Notes: generated by a model not told the origin, from the letters alone. 64,000 nt of DNA from Steroidobacteraceae bacterium (GCA_035499515.1 DATJYR010000041.1:14492-78491); one strand, 5' to 3'. Numbered from the stretch's first letter, positions 24,848 to 33,989 are shown. Numbers and translations: made by a program.

Positions 24848-25644
24848 AGCGCGTCGCCTACGTCGAAAGCCTCGGCTTCGCCGCGCCCGGCCTGCCCGAC
24901 TGGCTCACCACGCGGCGCGTGCTGCGCGATGAACAGCTGTACCAGCCCTGCGACCTGCCTGTGTACCAGCCCGCGCTGCTGCCGCCCAACGAGCGCCGCC
25001 GCGCGAGCCAGACGGTGCGCCTGGCGTTCCGCGTCGCGGAGGAAGCGACCCGGGCCAGCAGCATCGCGGCCAACCGGCTCGCCTGCGTGTTCGCCTCTTC
25101 GGATGGCGATCTCAACATCGCGCACAAGCTGTGCCTGGCGCTGGCGGAACCACAGCAGACGGTCTCGCCCACCGACTTCCACAACTCCGTGCACAACGCG
25201 GCCGCCGGTTACTGGAGCATCGCCGCACTGGCCACCGGGCCGTCCACCGCGGTTGCGGCCTACGACTACAGCTTCGCGGGCGGACTGATGGAAGCGCTGG
25301 GCATGGTGAGCGTCGAACGCCATGCCACGCTGCTGATCGCGTACGACGTGCCCGCGCCGGCGCCGCTGCTGGCCACGCGGCCATTGACGGTGGCGGTGGG
25401 CGTGGGGCTGGTGCTCACGCCGGAGCCGACACCCAACACGCAGGCACGCCTGGCGTTCGAGACCGGCCCGGGCGCCGAGACCTCCCTGCCGCACGTCGGA
25501 CTCGAAGCGCTGCGCCAGGGCAATCCGGCCGCGCGCGGACTGCCGCTGCTGCGGGCCATCGCGCGGGGCGCGGGCAGCGCGGTGCTGGCCCTGTCGGATG
25601 CGCTGCTCGCGCACGTGACGGTGGCCGGCGGCGGCGGGCCATGA
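24844..25644 (+). CDS. KS-like chain-length-factor subunit (apeC position)
   Basis: GTG with a GTGA overlap (VKRVAYVESLGFAAPGL). It has a KS-like fold region FHNSVHNAAAGYWSIA with no active-site Cys. Confidence 0.75.
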   Translation: MKRVAYVESLGFAAPGLPDWLTTRRVLRDEQLYQPCDLPVYQPALLPPNERRRASQTVRLAFRVAEEATRASSIAANRLACVFASSDGDLNIAHKLCLALAEPQQTVSPTDFHNSVHNAAAGYWSIAALATGPSTAVAAYDYSFAGGLMEALGMVSVERHATLLIAYDVPAPAPLLATRPLTVAVGVGLVLTPEPTPNTQARLAFETGPGAETSLPHVGLEALRQGNPAARGLPLLRAIARGAGSAVLALSDALLAHVTVAGGGGP

Positions 25645-26579
25645 GCGCAGCGGCGCACGCGGTGAGCGAAGGCATCGGCATCGCGCATCTCAGCCACCGC
25701 TACCCGGGCGCCGCCGCGCCGGCGCTGGATGACGTGAGCCTCGAGATCCCGGCCGGCAGCAGCTTCGGACTGCTCGGTCCGAATGGCGCGGGGAAGACCA
25801 CGCTGCTGTCCATCCTCATGGGACTGCAGCGGCCGCAGTCGGGCACGGTGCGCGTGGCCGGACTGGACGTCGCGCGGGCCACGCGCCGGGTACGCGGCCT
25901 GAGCGCGCTGGTGCCGCAGGACCAGGCGTTCTACCTGCAGCTCAGCGGGCTGGAGAACCTGCGCTTCTTCGCCGATGTCTACGGGCTCAGCGCCGCGCAA
26001 TGGCGCGATCGCCTCGACTACGTCACGCGCGTATGCGGCCTGCAGGAGCTGCTCGGCAAACGCTCGCAGGACTATTCGGGCGGCATGAAGCGGCGCCTGA
26101 ACCTCGCCATCGGCCTGTTGAACGCGCCGCGCATCCTGTACCTCGATGAGCCCACGGTGGGCATCGATGCGATTTCGCGCCAGGTGATCATCGCAGCCAT
26201 CCAGGCGCTGCGCGCCACCGGCACGACGCTGATCTACACCTCGCACTACATGGAGGAAGTCGAGGCGATCTGCGATCAGATCGCGGTCATCAACCATGGC
26301 CGCGTCATGGCGCGCGACAGCACCGCCAATCTGCTGCACCAGAAGGCGGGCAAGACGCTGCTGCTGCGCTTCGCCGCACCGCCTGGCTCCGCGGCGCTCG
26401 CTGCGCTGGCCGGGTGGTCGCCGGTGGCGCTGCCCGATGGCCAGTACGAGCTCATGCTGCGCGACGCGGGTCAGCTCGCGCTGGTGGTCGAAGCCTGCCG
26501 CGCGCACTGGCTGCAGATCGAGCAGCTGCAGTTCGGCGTCAGCCGGCTGGAGCGCATCTACCTGGAGCTGCTCAAGTGA
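25641..26579 (+). CDS. ABC transporter ATP-binding protein
   Basis: Motifs GPNGAGKTT, YSGGMKRRL and LYLDEPTVGID. ATGA overlap upstream. Confidence 0.9.
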   Translation: MSAAAHAVSEGIGIAHLSHRYPGAAAPALDDVSLEIPAGSSFGLLGPNGAGKTTLLSILMGLQRPQSGTVRVAGLDVARATRRVRGLSALVPQDQAFYLQLSGLENLRFFADVYGLSAAQWRDRLDYVTRVCGLQELLGKRSQDYSGGMKRRLNLAIGLLNAPRILYLDEPTVGIDAISRQVIIAAIQALRATGTTLIYTSHYMEEVEAICDQIAVINHGRVMARDSTANLLHQKAGKTLLLRFAAPPGSAALAALAGWSPVALPDGQYELMLRDAGQLALVVEACRAHWLQIEQLQFGVSRLERIYLELLK

Positions 26580-27784
26580 GCCGCTCGGCGCTGCTGGCGT
26601 GCATCCGCAAGGAGCTGCTGCTGCTCGGCCGCGACCTGCACGGCCTGGCGCTCCTGTTCCTCATGCCGCTGGCATTCGTGCTCATCATGTCGCTGGCGCT
26701 GCAGGACCAGTTCGCGACCCAGGCCGGCGCCAAACTCGCGGTGCTGGTGACGGACGCGGACCACAGTCCGGCTTCGGCCGATCTCGTCAAGACGCTCACC
26801 GGCAGCAACGCGTTCCGGTTCGTGACGGACGACACGGCGCAGGACGCGACCCTCACCGACCGCGCGCTGCGCCGGGGCGATTACGCGTTCGCAGTGCTGA
26901 TCGCGCATGGCTACGCCGGCAACCTGCTCGGCACGCCCGCCGCGGGCGCCCCGCCGCTGGTCACGCTGAGCGTGGCGCCGGACACCAGCCGGCAGATGGA
27001 GGCGATCTTCGAAGGCAGCGTGCGTGCGGCGCTGGGTCGCGCGCGCATGGGCGCCCTGCTGCTGGGTCTGGGCGGCAACGCGCCGGCCGAACCCGCGACC
27101 GACAACGCCATCGGCCTGCACTACGCCTACGCGAGCGACACCGCGGGTCGGGCCGCCGCCGTCCAGCCCACCGCCGTGCAGCAGAGCGTGCCCGCCTGGC
27201 TGGTGTTCGGCGCGTTCTTCGTGGTGGTGCCGTTGTCGAACACGCTGATCCGCGAGCGCCAGCAGGGCACGCTGCGCAGGCTCCGCAGCACCAATCTCGG
27301 CACGCTCACGCTGCTGCTCGGCAAATTGGTTCCGTACTTTCTCATCAACCAGCTGCAGGTGGTGATGATGCTGCTGGCGGGCCGCTACCTGGTGCCGCTG
27401 CTGGGCGGGCAGGCGCTGCAGATCAACGGCGCGTGGTGGCTGCTGGCGATCATGGCGGCGGCACTGAGCTGCGCGGCGCTGGGACTGGCGCTGCTGGTCG
27501 CGGTCACCTCGCGCACCACCGAGCAGGCCACGCTGCTCAGCGGCACCGGCAACATCGTGCTGGCGGCGCTCGGCGGCATCATGATCCCGAAGTTCGTGAT
27601 GCCCGCCGCGATGCAGAGCGTCGCGGCGTTCTCGCCCATGTCCTGGGGTCTCGAGGGTTTCCTCGACGTGCTGTTGCGCGGCGGCGGATTGCGCGAGATT
27701 GCACCAGAAGCGGGCGGATTGACCGCCCTCGGGCTGGCGACAATACTGCTGGCCTGGCTGCTGCAATCGCGGCGCAGCGACTGA
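26576..27784 (+). CDS. ABC-2 type transporter permease
   Basis: GTG with a GTGA overlap (VSRSALLACIRKELLLLGRD). It has a large extracytoplasmic loop followed by about five C-terminal TM segments. Confidence 0.8.
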   Translation: MSRSALLACIRKELLLLGRDLHGLALLFLMPLAFVLIMSLALQDQFATQAGAKLAVLVTDADHSPASADLVKTLTGSNAFRFVTDDTAQDATLTDRALRRGDYAFAVLIAHGYAGNLLGTPAAGAPPLVTLSVAPDTSRQMEAIFEGSVRAALGRARMGALLLGLGGNAPAEPATDNAIGLHYAYASDTAGRAAAVQPTAVQQSVPAWLVFGAFFVVVPLSNTLIRERQQGTLRRLRSTNLGTLTLLLGKLVPYFLINQLQVVMMLLAGRYLVPLLGGQALQINGAWWLLAIMAAALSCAALGLALLVAVTSRTTEQATLLSGTGNIVLAALGGIMIPKFVMPAAMQSVAAFSPMSWGLEGFLDVLLRGGGLREIAPEAGGLTALGLATILLAWLLQSRRSD

Positions 27785-27807
27785 ACTCTCCATCATGGCT
27801 GGACGGC

Positions 27808-28077
27808 ATGGCTGAACTGGAAATCGAAACGCTCAAACGGGACCTCAAGTCGATGATCGTCACCGAATGCGACAAGGACGTCCTGCCAGCCAGCATCGGC
27901 GATGAGGAACTGCTGATCGGCGGACCGCTGGACCTGGATTCGCTCGATGCCTTGCAGATCTGCCTGGCGGTCAAGGATCGCTACGACGTGCGCATCGAGA
28001 ACGGCCCCGAAGCGCGCAAGGCACTGGCGTCCGTGGCGGCGCTGGCGCAGACCATCCTGGACGCCAGGGCCGCGTGA
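27808..28077 (+). CDS. acyl carrier protein (third ACP of the cluster)
   Basis: MAELEIETLKRDLKSMIVTE...GGPLDLDSLDALQICLAV; 89 aa. Confidence 0.8.
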   Translation: MAELEIETLKRDLKSMIVTECDKDVLPASIGDEELLIGGPLDLDSLDALQICLAVKDRYDVRIENGPEARKALASVAALAQTILDARAA

Positions 28078-28102
28078 TCCGCAACCGCCTGATCGACTGC
28101 TG

Positions 28103-29266
28103 ATGCGAGCCTGCTATTTCTCCGGCGCCGCCCTCCACACCAGCGCGGGGCAGGACCTGCCCGCCCACCTTCAGGCGCTCGAACGCGGACCCGTGGGTCC
28201 GGAGCAGGTCGCCGTGGAGTACGCGCAGCAGACCCAGTGGCTGCCCTACAAGCTGCTGGCCGGCGCGCCGCTCGTGGAACAGGAGACGCGGCTCAACCGC
28301 GTGCTCGACGCGCTGATCGAGCAGGTGTTCGAGCACTCCGGCCTGTCCTCGCAGGACAAGTCCCGTTGCGGCCTGTTCGTGGGTTCCTCCTCATTCGACA
28401 TCGGCGGCGGCGAGGCGCTGTACCGCGAGGCGCTGCTGCACGATGCCCACGCGCTCGCGCTGGAGGAGAACAGCAGCCTCGGCAACCTCGCGGCGGACAC
28501 GGTGCAGCGCTTCGGGCTGCGCGGACCCGATTACAGTTTCAACACCGCCTGCACCGCCAGCGCCAACGCGCTCGTGTATGCCGACGGCATGATCCGCAAT
28601 GGCCAGCTCGAGCATGCGCTGGTGATCGGCGTGGAGAGCTTCAATGCCATCACCGCGCTGGGTTTCAACGGACTGCAACTGCTCACGCGCACCGGCATGC
28701 GCCCGTTCAGTCCCGAGCGCAACGGCCTGGTGCTGGGCGAAGGCTGCTCGGTGCTGCTGTTGGGCGCGCGGCCGCATGGCGCCCATCCGTGGCGGCTGGT
28801 GAGCAGCGCGAACCAGTGCGACACCTACGGCATGTCGGCCGCCAATCCCGACGGCTCGACCGTGGCGTGGGTGATCCAGCGCGCCCTGGAGCGCGCCAAC
28901 CTCGAACCGCGCGACATCGTCGCCATCAAGACGCACGGCACCGCGAGTCTCTCCAATGACGAAGCCGAAGCCGCGGGCATCCGGCGCGTGTTCGCGACGC
29001 CTCCGCCGCTGTGCGCGCTCAAGCCGTACCTCGGCCACACGCTCGGCGCCTGCGGCCTCAACGAACTGCTGCTGTTCCGCGCAGCCGCCGACCAGGGCTT
29101 CCTGATCGCCACGCCCGGCATCGGCGTTGGTGACGAGAAACTCGGCGTGACCCTGAACCAGGCGCCGTGCGACCTGCCGCGCGGCCACTATCTGATGAAT
29201 TACTTCGGCTTCGGCGGCAACAACACCGCGCTCATCGTGAGCAACCTCGCGGCGGACGCAGCATGA
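28103..29266 (+). CDS. beta-ketoacyl synthase (second KS-alpha-like)
   Basis: Internal ATG (MRACYFSGAALHTSAG). Motifs FNTACTASANA, IKTHGTASLSND and YLGHTLGACG. Confidence 0.85.
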   Translation: MRACYFSGAALHTSAGQDLPAHLQALERGPVGPEQVAVEYAQQTQWLPYKLLAGAPLVEQETRLNRVLDALIEQVFEHSGLSSQDKSRCGLFVGSSSFDIGGGEALYREALLHDAHALALEENSSLGNLAADTVQRFGLRGPDYSFNTACTASANALVYADGMIRNGQLEHALVIGVESFNAITALGFNGLQLLTRTGMRPFSPERNGLVLGEGCSVLLLGARPHGAHPWRLVSSANQCDTYGMSAANPDGSTVAWVIQRALERANLEPRDIVAIKTHGTASLSNDEAEAAGIRRVFATPPPLCALKPYLGHTLGACGLNELLLFRAAADQGFLIATPGIGVGDEKLGVTLNQAPCDLPRGHYLMNYFGFGGNNTALIVSNLAADAA

Positions 29267-30156
29267 GCGCGTGGCAGATCTACGCCGCCGGCGAGCACCA
29301 GCACGCGGTGGACGATCCGCTGCCGCCGTTGAAAGCGCTGCTGGAGGCGAGCACCGGCCGCGCGGTGCGGCGCGTGGGCCGGTTCATCCAGCTGGCGCTG
29401 ATCGGGGCTGCGCGCTGCCGTCCGCCGGACATCGGGATACCGACGGAAACCGCGGTGTACCTGGCCTCGGGCCGCGGCGATCTCGAGCTGACGCTGGAAA
29501 TCATGACGCAGCTCTTCAAGGGTGGCCACAGTCCGAAGCCGCTGAATTTCGTCAACACGGTGAGCAATGCCGCCTGCTTCTACGTCGCGCAGCTGCTGCA
29601 GCTGCAGTCGCGCAGCAATTTCGTCGGCAGCCGCCACTTCGCGTTCGAGAGCGTGCTGCAGCTCGCGGTGCAGGACCTGGAGGCGGCCGTGGTGGATTCG
29701 GCGCTGGTGGGCAGCGTGGACATCGCTTCCGCGCCGCTCGACGAACATCGCCGCCGCCTGGGCGTGCCGCCCGGAACCCGGATGGGCGAAGCCTCACACT
29801 GGTTGTGGATGGGCGCACCCCATCGCGCGCGCCCACGGCTGGGCGATCTGCTGGCCGCGCGTCATTTCGCCGATCGCAGCGCGTTGCTGCAGTGGATCGG
29901 CCAGCAGCAGCTCGGTTCGGGCAAGTGCCTGCTGGCCTGCGGGCAATTCCTCGACGCCGCCGACTTCGACCTGCTGCGCACCGAGTCCGGCGTGGCGGGC
30001 GTGTTCGTGTACCGCTCGCAGCTACCCTATTACGACAGCCAGAGCGCGGCGGTGATCGGCGAATTCCTGCGCGCCCCGGACGCGGGGCAGCTGCTGCACC
30101 TCAACGCGGATCACAACGGCCGCTACAGCGCGCTGCTGGTACGGCGCCGCTCCTAG
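29263..30156 (+). CDS. KS N-terminal-like / chain-length-factor-like protein (second copy)
   Basis: ATGA overlap (MSAWQIYAAGEHQ). NFVNTVSNAACFYVAQ occupies the place of the Cys box, so there is no catalytic Cys. It ends in a TAG shared in CTAG with the convergent gene. Confidence 0.65.
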   Translation: MSAWQIYAAGEHQHAVDDPLPPLKALLEASTGRAVRRVGRFIQLALIGAARCRPPDIGIPTETAVYLASGRGDLELTLEIMTQLFKGGHSPKPLNFVNTVSNAACFYVAQLLQLQSRSNFVGSRHFAFESVLQLAVQDLEAAVVDSALVGSVDIASAPLDEHRRRLGVPPGTRMGEASHWLWMGAPHRARPRLGDLLAARHFADRSALLQWIGQQQLGSGKCLLACGQFLDAADFDLLRTESGVAGVFVYRSQLPYYDSQSAAVIGEFLRAPDAGQLLHLNADHNGRYSALLVRRRS

Positions 30157-31193
30157 AACGCCTGCAGCGGCTTCCACACCGCCGCTTCGCGGTCCGCGAT
30201 GTCGTTCAGCGCCGCCTGCAGCGCCGCCAGGTCCATCGCCTCACGCCCGCGCACCATCTTGGTCGCCCGCAGCGCGAAACGCCGCCACTCGTCGCCGGCG
30301 TCCGTGAGCTGCTTCGATGCCTGCGCCAGGCGCTGGTCACCCAGCAGCTGCGCGGCTTCCTGCAGGAACGAGGCGTACAGGAAACGGAAGCCCGCGCCAC
30401 CGCTGCCGATCTCTTCCTGCATGCGCACGATGTGCGTCAGGTACAGCGGCAGGTAACGCGCCCGGTCCGCACGCCTGTCGAGCTCGAGGATCTTGCGGCC
30501 GAGATAGCGGATGCCCTTGATGCCGATCATCGGGAACATCGGCTGCATCATGTAACGGTAGTTGGCGTGGATCGCGATCGGAATCAGTTTCCTGAAGTCG
30601 ATGTCCGGGGCGACGCGCGTCGGGTAGTACATCAGTCCCTTGGCCTGCAACGCACCCTTGGCGAAGCGCGCCTTGGTCATCGCCTCGCGCGGACAGCGCG
30701 TGGTCATCTCGAACAGCGGATCGCTGACGAGGTAGTCATCGCCCTCACGCCCGTAGACGATGAGGTTGTGCATGTTGAAATGGAAGCGGAACTGGTCGGG
30801 CACGTACGGCAGCCAGTAGATGCAGGTCTGCAGGCCCACCACGCGGCCCGCATCGAGCTGCGCGTCGAGCGCGCGCACGCCTTCGGCCTGCGAACTGAAT
30901 TTCTGGCGCACCATCTCGATGCCCAGGCGCTTGTGCATGGCCTTCACGATGGCGCCCGGCCACATGCGGTAGGAGATGAGCGGCATGCCCGCCATCTTGA
31001 TGATCGGGATGTAGGCGAACGCCAGCGCCGATGCGAGGCCGAACGCCATCGGTTCGCTCATCGGCAGGCCGTAGTGCGTCACCAGCGCGGACACCACGCC
31101 GCTTTCGCAATGCGCGGCCTGCCGGTGCTGGAAGCCGCCGCCGCGGCCGCCCGTGCCGGCGCCGCCCCCAACTGCCTCGCGCACCGCGTTCAT
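30153..31193 (-). CDS. BtrH_N-like / DUF4872-like protein (papain-like Cys enzyme fold, putative acyl-ACP:acceptor transferase)
   Basis: This is the C-terminal 346 codons of track ORF 30153..32747, starting at the internal ATG (MNAVREAVGGGAGTGGRGGGFQHRQAAHCESGVVSALVTHYG). The H-C-E-S motif near the N-terminus matches BtrH N-terminal domain proteins as I remember them. ATGA overlap with the upstream ORF. Confidence 0.6.
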   Translation of the reverse strand: MNAVREAVGGGAGTGGRGGGFQHRQAAHCESGVVSALVTHYGLPMSEPMAFGLASALAFAYIPIIKMAGMPLISYRMWPGAIVKAMHKRLGIEMVRQKFSSQAEGVRALDAQLDAGRVVGLQTCIYWLPYVPDQFRFHFNMHNLIVYGREGDDYLVSDPLFEMTTRCPREAMTKARFAKGALQAKGLMYYPTRVAPDIDFRKLIPIAIHANYRYMMQPMFPMIGIKGIRYLGRKILELDRRADRARYLPLYLTHIVRMQEEIGSGGAGFRFLYASFLQEAAQLLGDQRLAQASKQLTDAGDEWRRFALRATKMVRGREAMDLAALQAALNDIADREAAVWKPLQAF

Positions 31194-31594
31194 GGCGCCG
31201 CCGGCAACTGCCGCAGCTCGGCGATGCCCACGCCCATGGCTTCCGCGTAGCGCGCCATGAGCGGGTCGGGAAGCTTGGCGTACACGGCCGGCCTGAAGTG
31301 GCGCTTCACGCGCCAGCGCCACAGGCCGCTGACCATCACCAGCGTGTCGAAGTCCATGCGGTTGCGGTACATGTGGTATTCGAGCGCCGAGGTCTTGCCG
31401 TCGCGCGCGCGCTGCCAGGCGTCGCGGCTCAGCCGGCGCAGCTCCTCGACCGCCAGTTCGGTGGAGAAGCTCTCGGCTTCCCAGCCGCTGGACTGCACAC
31501 CGGTGTATTCGCCCTGCTCGTCGACCGCATACAGGAGCTTGCGCAGCCCACCGTACGTCGCGGAAGCATCCTGCGGGACGGACTGGCGATCCAA
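31190..31594 (-). CDS. hypothetical protein, 134 aa, between darB and the BtrH_N-like gene
   Basis: The ORF starts at TTG, 4 nt after the darB stop. I recognise no motif. The C-terminal PLMARYAEAMGVGIAELRQL is faintly HTH-like. Confidence 0.45.
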   Translation of the reverse strand: MDRQSVPQDASATYGGLRKLLYAVDEQGEYTGVQSSGWEAESFSTELAVEELRRLSRDAWQRARDGKTSALEYHMYRNRMDFDTLVMVSGLWRWRVKRHFRPAVYAKLPDPLMARYAEAMGVGIAELRQLPAAP

Positions 31595-31597
31595 GTC

Positions 31598-32740
31598 TCA
31601 GACCACCGTCAGGTGCATGAAGCCGGTGGCGAAGCGGCCGCTTTCCGGCACGTAGCACATCAGGCGCTGGCCCTTCTGCAAGCGTCCCGAGCGCACCAGG
31701 TCGTCCATCATGATGTACATCGATGCCGAGCCGGTGTTGCCCTTGGTGGGCAGGTTGGTGAACCAGCGCTCCTGCGGCACGTCGACACCGGCCCTGGCCA
31801 TGTGCGCGTGCACCTTGTCGCGGAAGAACTTCGATGAGTAGTGCGGCAGGAAGAAATCGATCTGGTCCGCTTGCAGGCCGCGCTTCTGCACCAATGCTTC
31901 GAGCGGCTTCTGCACGGTGTACACCATCACGTGCTCGTTCAGCAGCTTCACGTCCTGGCGCACCGCCATGATGGTGTGCCGCTCGCGCTCGGCGGGCGTG
32001 TAGCGCGCCCAGCCGGTGATCCTGCCGTCGGCCGCTTTCACGGCGCCCGCGTACATGCAGGTTTCCATCGTGCCCGCGTACGAGAAGATCTCGATCCAGT
32101 CGATGCGCAGGTTGACGCGGCCGGGACGCGGCTCGGGCTGCATGAGGAACGCGCCGGCGCCGTCGGAGAGCATCCAGCGCAGGAAATCGCGATCGAAGGC
32201 GAGTTCGGGGCGCGCCTCGAGTTCGTCGTGATCGGACTCCACCTGCAGGTTGCGCGCGCTCATCATCGCGGAGGAGAGTTCGGAGCCGGTGGCGATGGCA
32301 TTGCGATGCAGACCGGAGGCCACGGCCATGTAACCGTACTTCACCGAGGCCAACCCGCTCAGGCACACGCCGGTGGTGGCGACGGCTTCCAGCGGCGGCA
32401 GGCCCAGTTCGCCGTGCACCATCGACGCGTGGTTGGGCATGAGCTGGTCGGCGATGGACGTGCCGCACGCCAGGCAGTCGAGCTGGTTCAGATCGAAACC
32501 ATCCGCCGCCAGCAGGCGCACGGCCGCCGCGGTCAGCGTGGCATTGCTGTGCGTGGGTTGCAGCGTGACGGGATCGATGCAGTAGTGGCGCGTCTGGATG
32601 CCATTGCTGCGCAATACCGTGGGACGGGCTCGCGAGGGCTTGTCGCCGAGCTGCCCGAGGATGCGCTCCATCTGGTCGTTGGCGACAGGCGCATTGGGCA
32701 GGAACGCCGACGTCCCCGTTATGTAAGCCAGTCCACTCAT
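31598..32740 (-). CDS. darB: KAS III-like condensing enzyme, DarB type (dialkylresorcinol biosynthesis)
   Basis: 380 aa. It has a FabH-like fold with TTGVCLSGLASV, LPHYSSKFF and PTKGNTGSASMY. It lies 3 nt downstream of the darA-like gene. Confidence 0.75.
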   Translation of the reverse strand: MSGLAYITGTSAFLPNAPVANDQMERILGQLGDKPSRARPTVLRSNGIQTRHYCIDPVTLQPTHSNATLTAAAVRLLAADGFDLNQLDCLACGTSIADQLMPNHASMVHGELGLPPLEAVATTGVCLSGLASVKYGYMAVASGLHRNAIATGSELSSAMMSARNLQVESDHDELEARPELAFDRDFLRWMLSDGAGAFLMQPEPRPGRVNLRIDWIEIFSYAGTMETCMYAGAVKAADGRITGWARYTPAERERHTIMAVRQDVKLLNEHVMVYTVQKPLEALVQKRGLQADQIDFFLPHYSSKFFRDKVHAHMARAGVDVPQERWFTNLPTKGNTGSASMYIMMDDLVRSGRLQKGQRLMCYVPESGRFATGFMHLTVV

Positions 32741-32743
32741 AGG

Positions 32744-33670
32744 TCACTCACCCGATGGGGCCGCAAAGTACTGCCGTTGCTGTGCAATGCGCTTGCGGGT
32801 CAGGGGCGACAACAGGGTTTTCAGCAGGAACACCACGGGTACCACGGTCAACAGCATCGCAACCAGGAACAGCACGTACAGGGCCAAAATCATGCGTCGC
32901 AGCAGCGCAGCCGGCTTGCCGCAGGCGCGCAGTAATGTACCCCAGAGGCGAAAACTGCGCTGTACGATTTGTTCGGAACTGATCAAACCCGGGTGCACGA
33001 TCACAGCGCCGAGACCTCCGAGCATGGGGCGGTTGTCGGCGGCCGATCGCTGCGGCAACTGCGCGGCGATCGCCTTGCCGAAGCGCGCCGCGTCGCGGAT
33101 ATCGCTGTCCCAGATACCGGCGCGCGGGAACATCCCGCCGAGGTACGGGCCCTTGTTGCCGCTCAGCAGCCACCAGGGCGTCGTGACCACCGACTTCGCG
33201 CCGTGGGTGCGCTCCGTGAGCGCAACGTTGTCGATCAGGCGCGCGCCCAGCGCCTGCAGTTTCCGCTTCACGCGCTCCTGCGCCATGAGCCACATGTTGC
33301 GGCAGCCGATCACCGTGATCACCGGCTTGCCGCGCAACAGCCGCGCGCCCTGCTCGCTCTGCAGGAATGCCGTGGTGGGCAGCGAAGGCGAGATGAACCA
33401 CACTGTGTAGGCCAGGATCACGAGATCGAACTCGGCGCCATCCGCGATCGCGAGCGGCGCGTTGGGTCCGGCATCGTCGAAGATGCATTCGGGGAAGGTG
33501 TTGAAGAAGCCCCAGAACGACCATGGGAACACGAACGGCGTGAGCGGCTTGAGCGGCGCGAGCACCACGTCGAAGTTCGCCGGGTCGGCACGCAGCGGCG
33601 CGGTGAGCGAGTCGACGATGTCGCCGAGCTGTCCGGTCTGCGAGTAGTAGACGACCAGCACGCGCTTCAT
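32744..33670 (-). CDS. darA: dialkylresorcinol condensing enzyme DarA-like (flavodoxin-like N-terminus, C-terminal TM anchor)
   Basis: The MKRVLVVYYSQTGQLGDIV N-terminus is characteristic of DarA annotations. The C-terminal hydrophobic segment is ILALYVLFLVAMLLTVVPVVFLL. It is adjacent to darB. Confidence 0.7.
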   Translation of the reverse strand: MKRVLVVYYSQTGQLGDIVDSLTAPLRADPANFDVVLAPLKPLTPFVFPWSFWGFFNTFPECIFDDAGPNAPLAIADGAEFDLVILAYTVWFISPSLPTTAFLQSEQGARLLRGKPVITVIGCRNMWLMAQERVKRKLQALGARLIDNVALTERTHGAKSVVTTPWWLLSGNKGPYLGGMFPRAGIWDSDIRDAARFGKAIAAQLPQRSAADNRPMLGGLGAVIVHPGLISSEQIVQRSFRLWGTLLRACGKPAALLRRMILALYVLFLVAMLLTVVPVVFLLKTLLSPLTRKRIAQQRQYFAAPSGE

Positions 33671-33674
33671 GGCG

Positions 33675-33989
33675 TCAACTCCGCCGCGCCACGGCCAGAT
33701 GCCCCTCAGCCAGCAGTTCGCTGTCGATCCAGCACTTGAAGCGCAGCCGTCCCGCCGCGGACTCGGCCGGCTCGCCCGCGACGAATTCAGCGTGGCCGAA
33801 TTCGGCGTGGAACTGCTGGCCCGGCAGCAGCATGCGCAGGAACTTCAGTTTGCGGATGCCGTGCACGGTGAGTTCCGGCCGCTGCCGCGACAGTTCACCC
33901 AGCAATTCGCTCAGCAGCACCACGCCCGGCACCACCGGCATGCCCGGAAAATGACCCGGCAAGGCAGGATGCGAATCCGCAACAATCAT
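33675..33989 (-). CDS. FabZ/FabA-like hotdog dehydratase subunit (second apeI-like copy)
   Basis: The last 104 codons of track ORF 33675..34532, from the internal ATG (MIVADSHPALPGHFPGMPVVPGVVLLSELL). It shares the GHFPG.P..P motif with the 19950..20291 product. Confidence 0.65.
   Translation of the reverse strand: MIVADSHPALPGHFPGMPVVPGVVLLSELLGELSRQRPELTVHGIRKLKFLRMLLPGQQFHAEFGHAEFVAGEPAESAAGRLRFKCWIDSELLAEGHLAVARRS

Noticed and set aside
30153-32747. 864-aa ORF presented as one gene
   Set aside because: Only the last 346 codons (from ATG 31193) look like a protein (BtrH_N-like). The upstream part is an out-of-frame read over the 134-aa ORF and darB, which have their own coherent frames and coupling.
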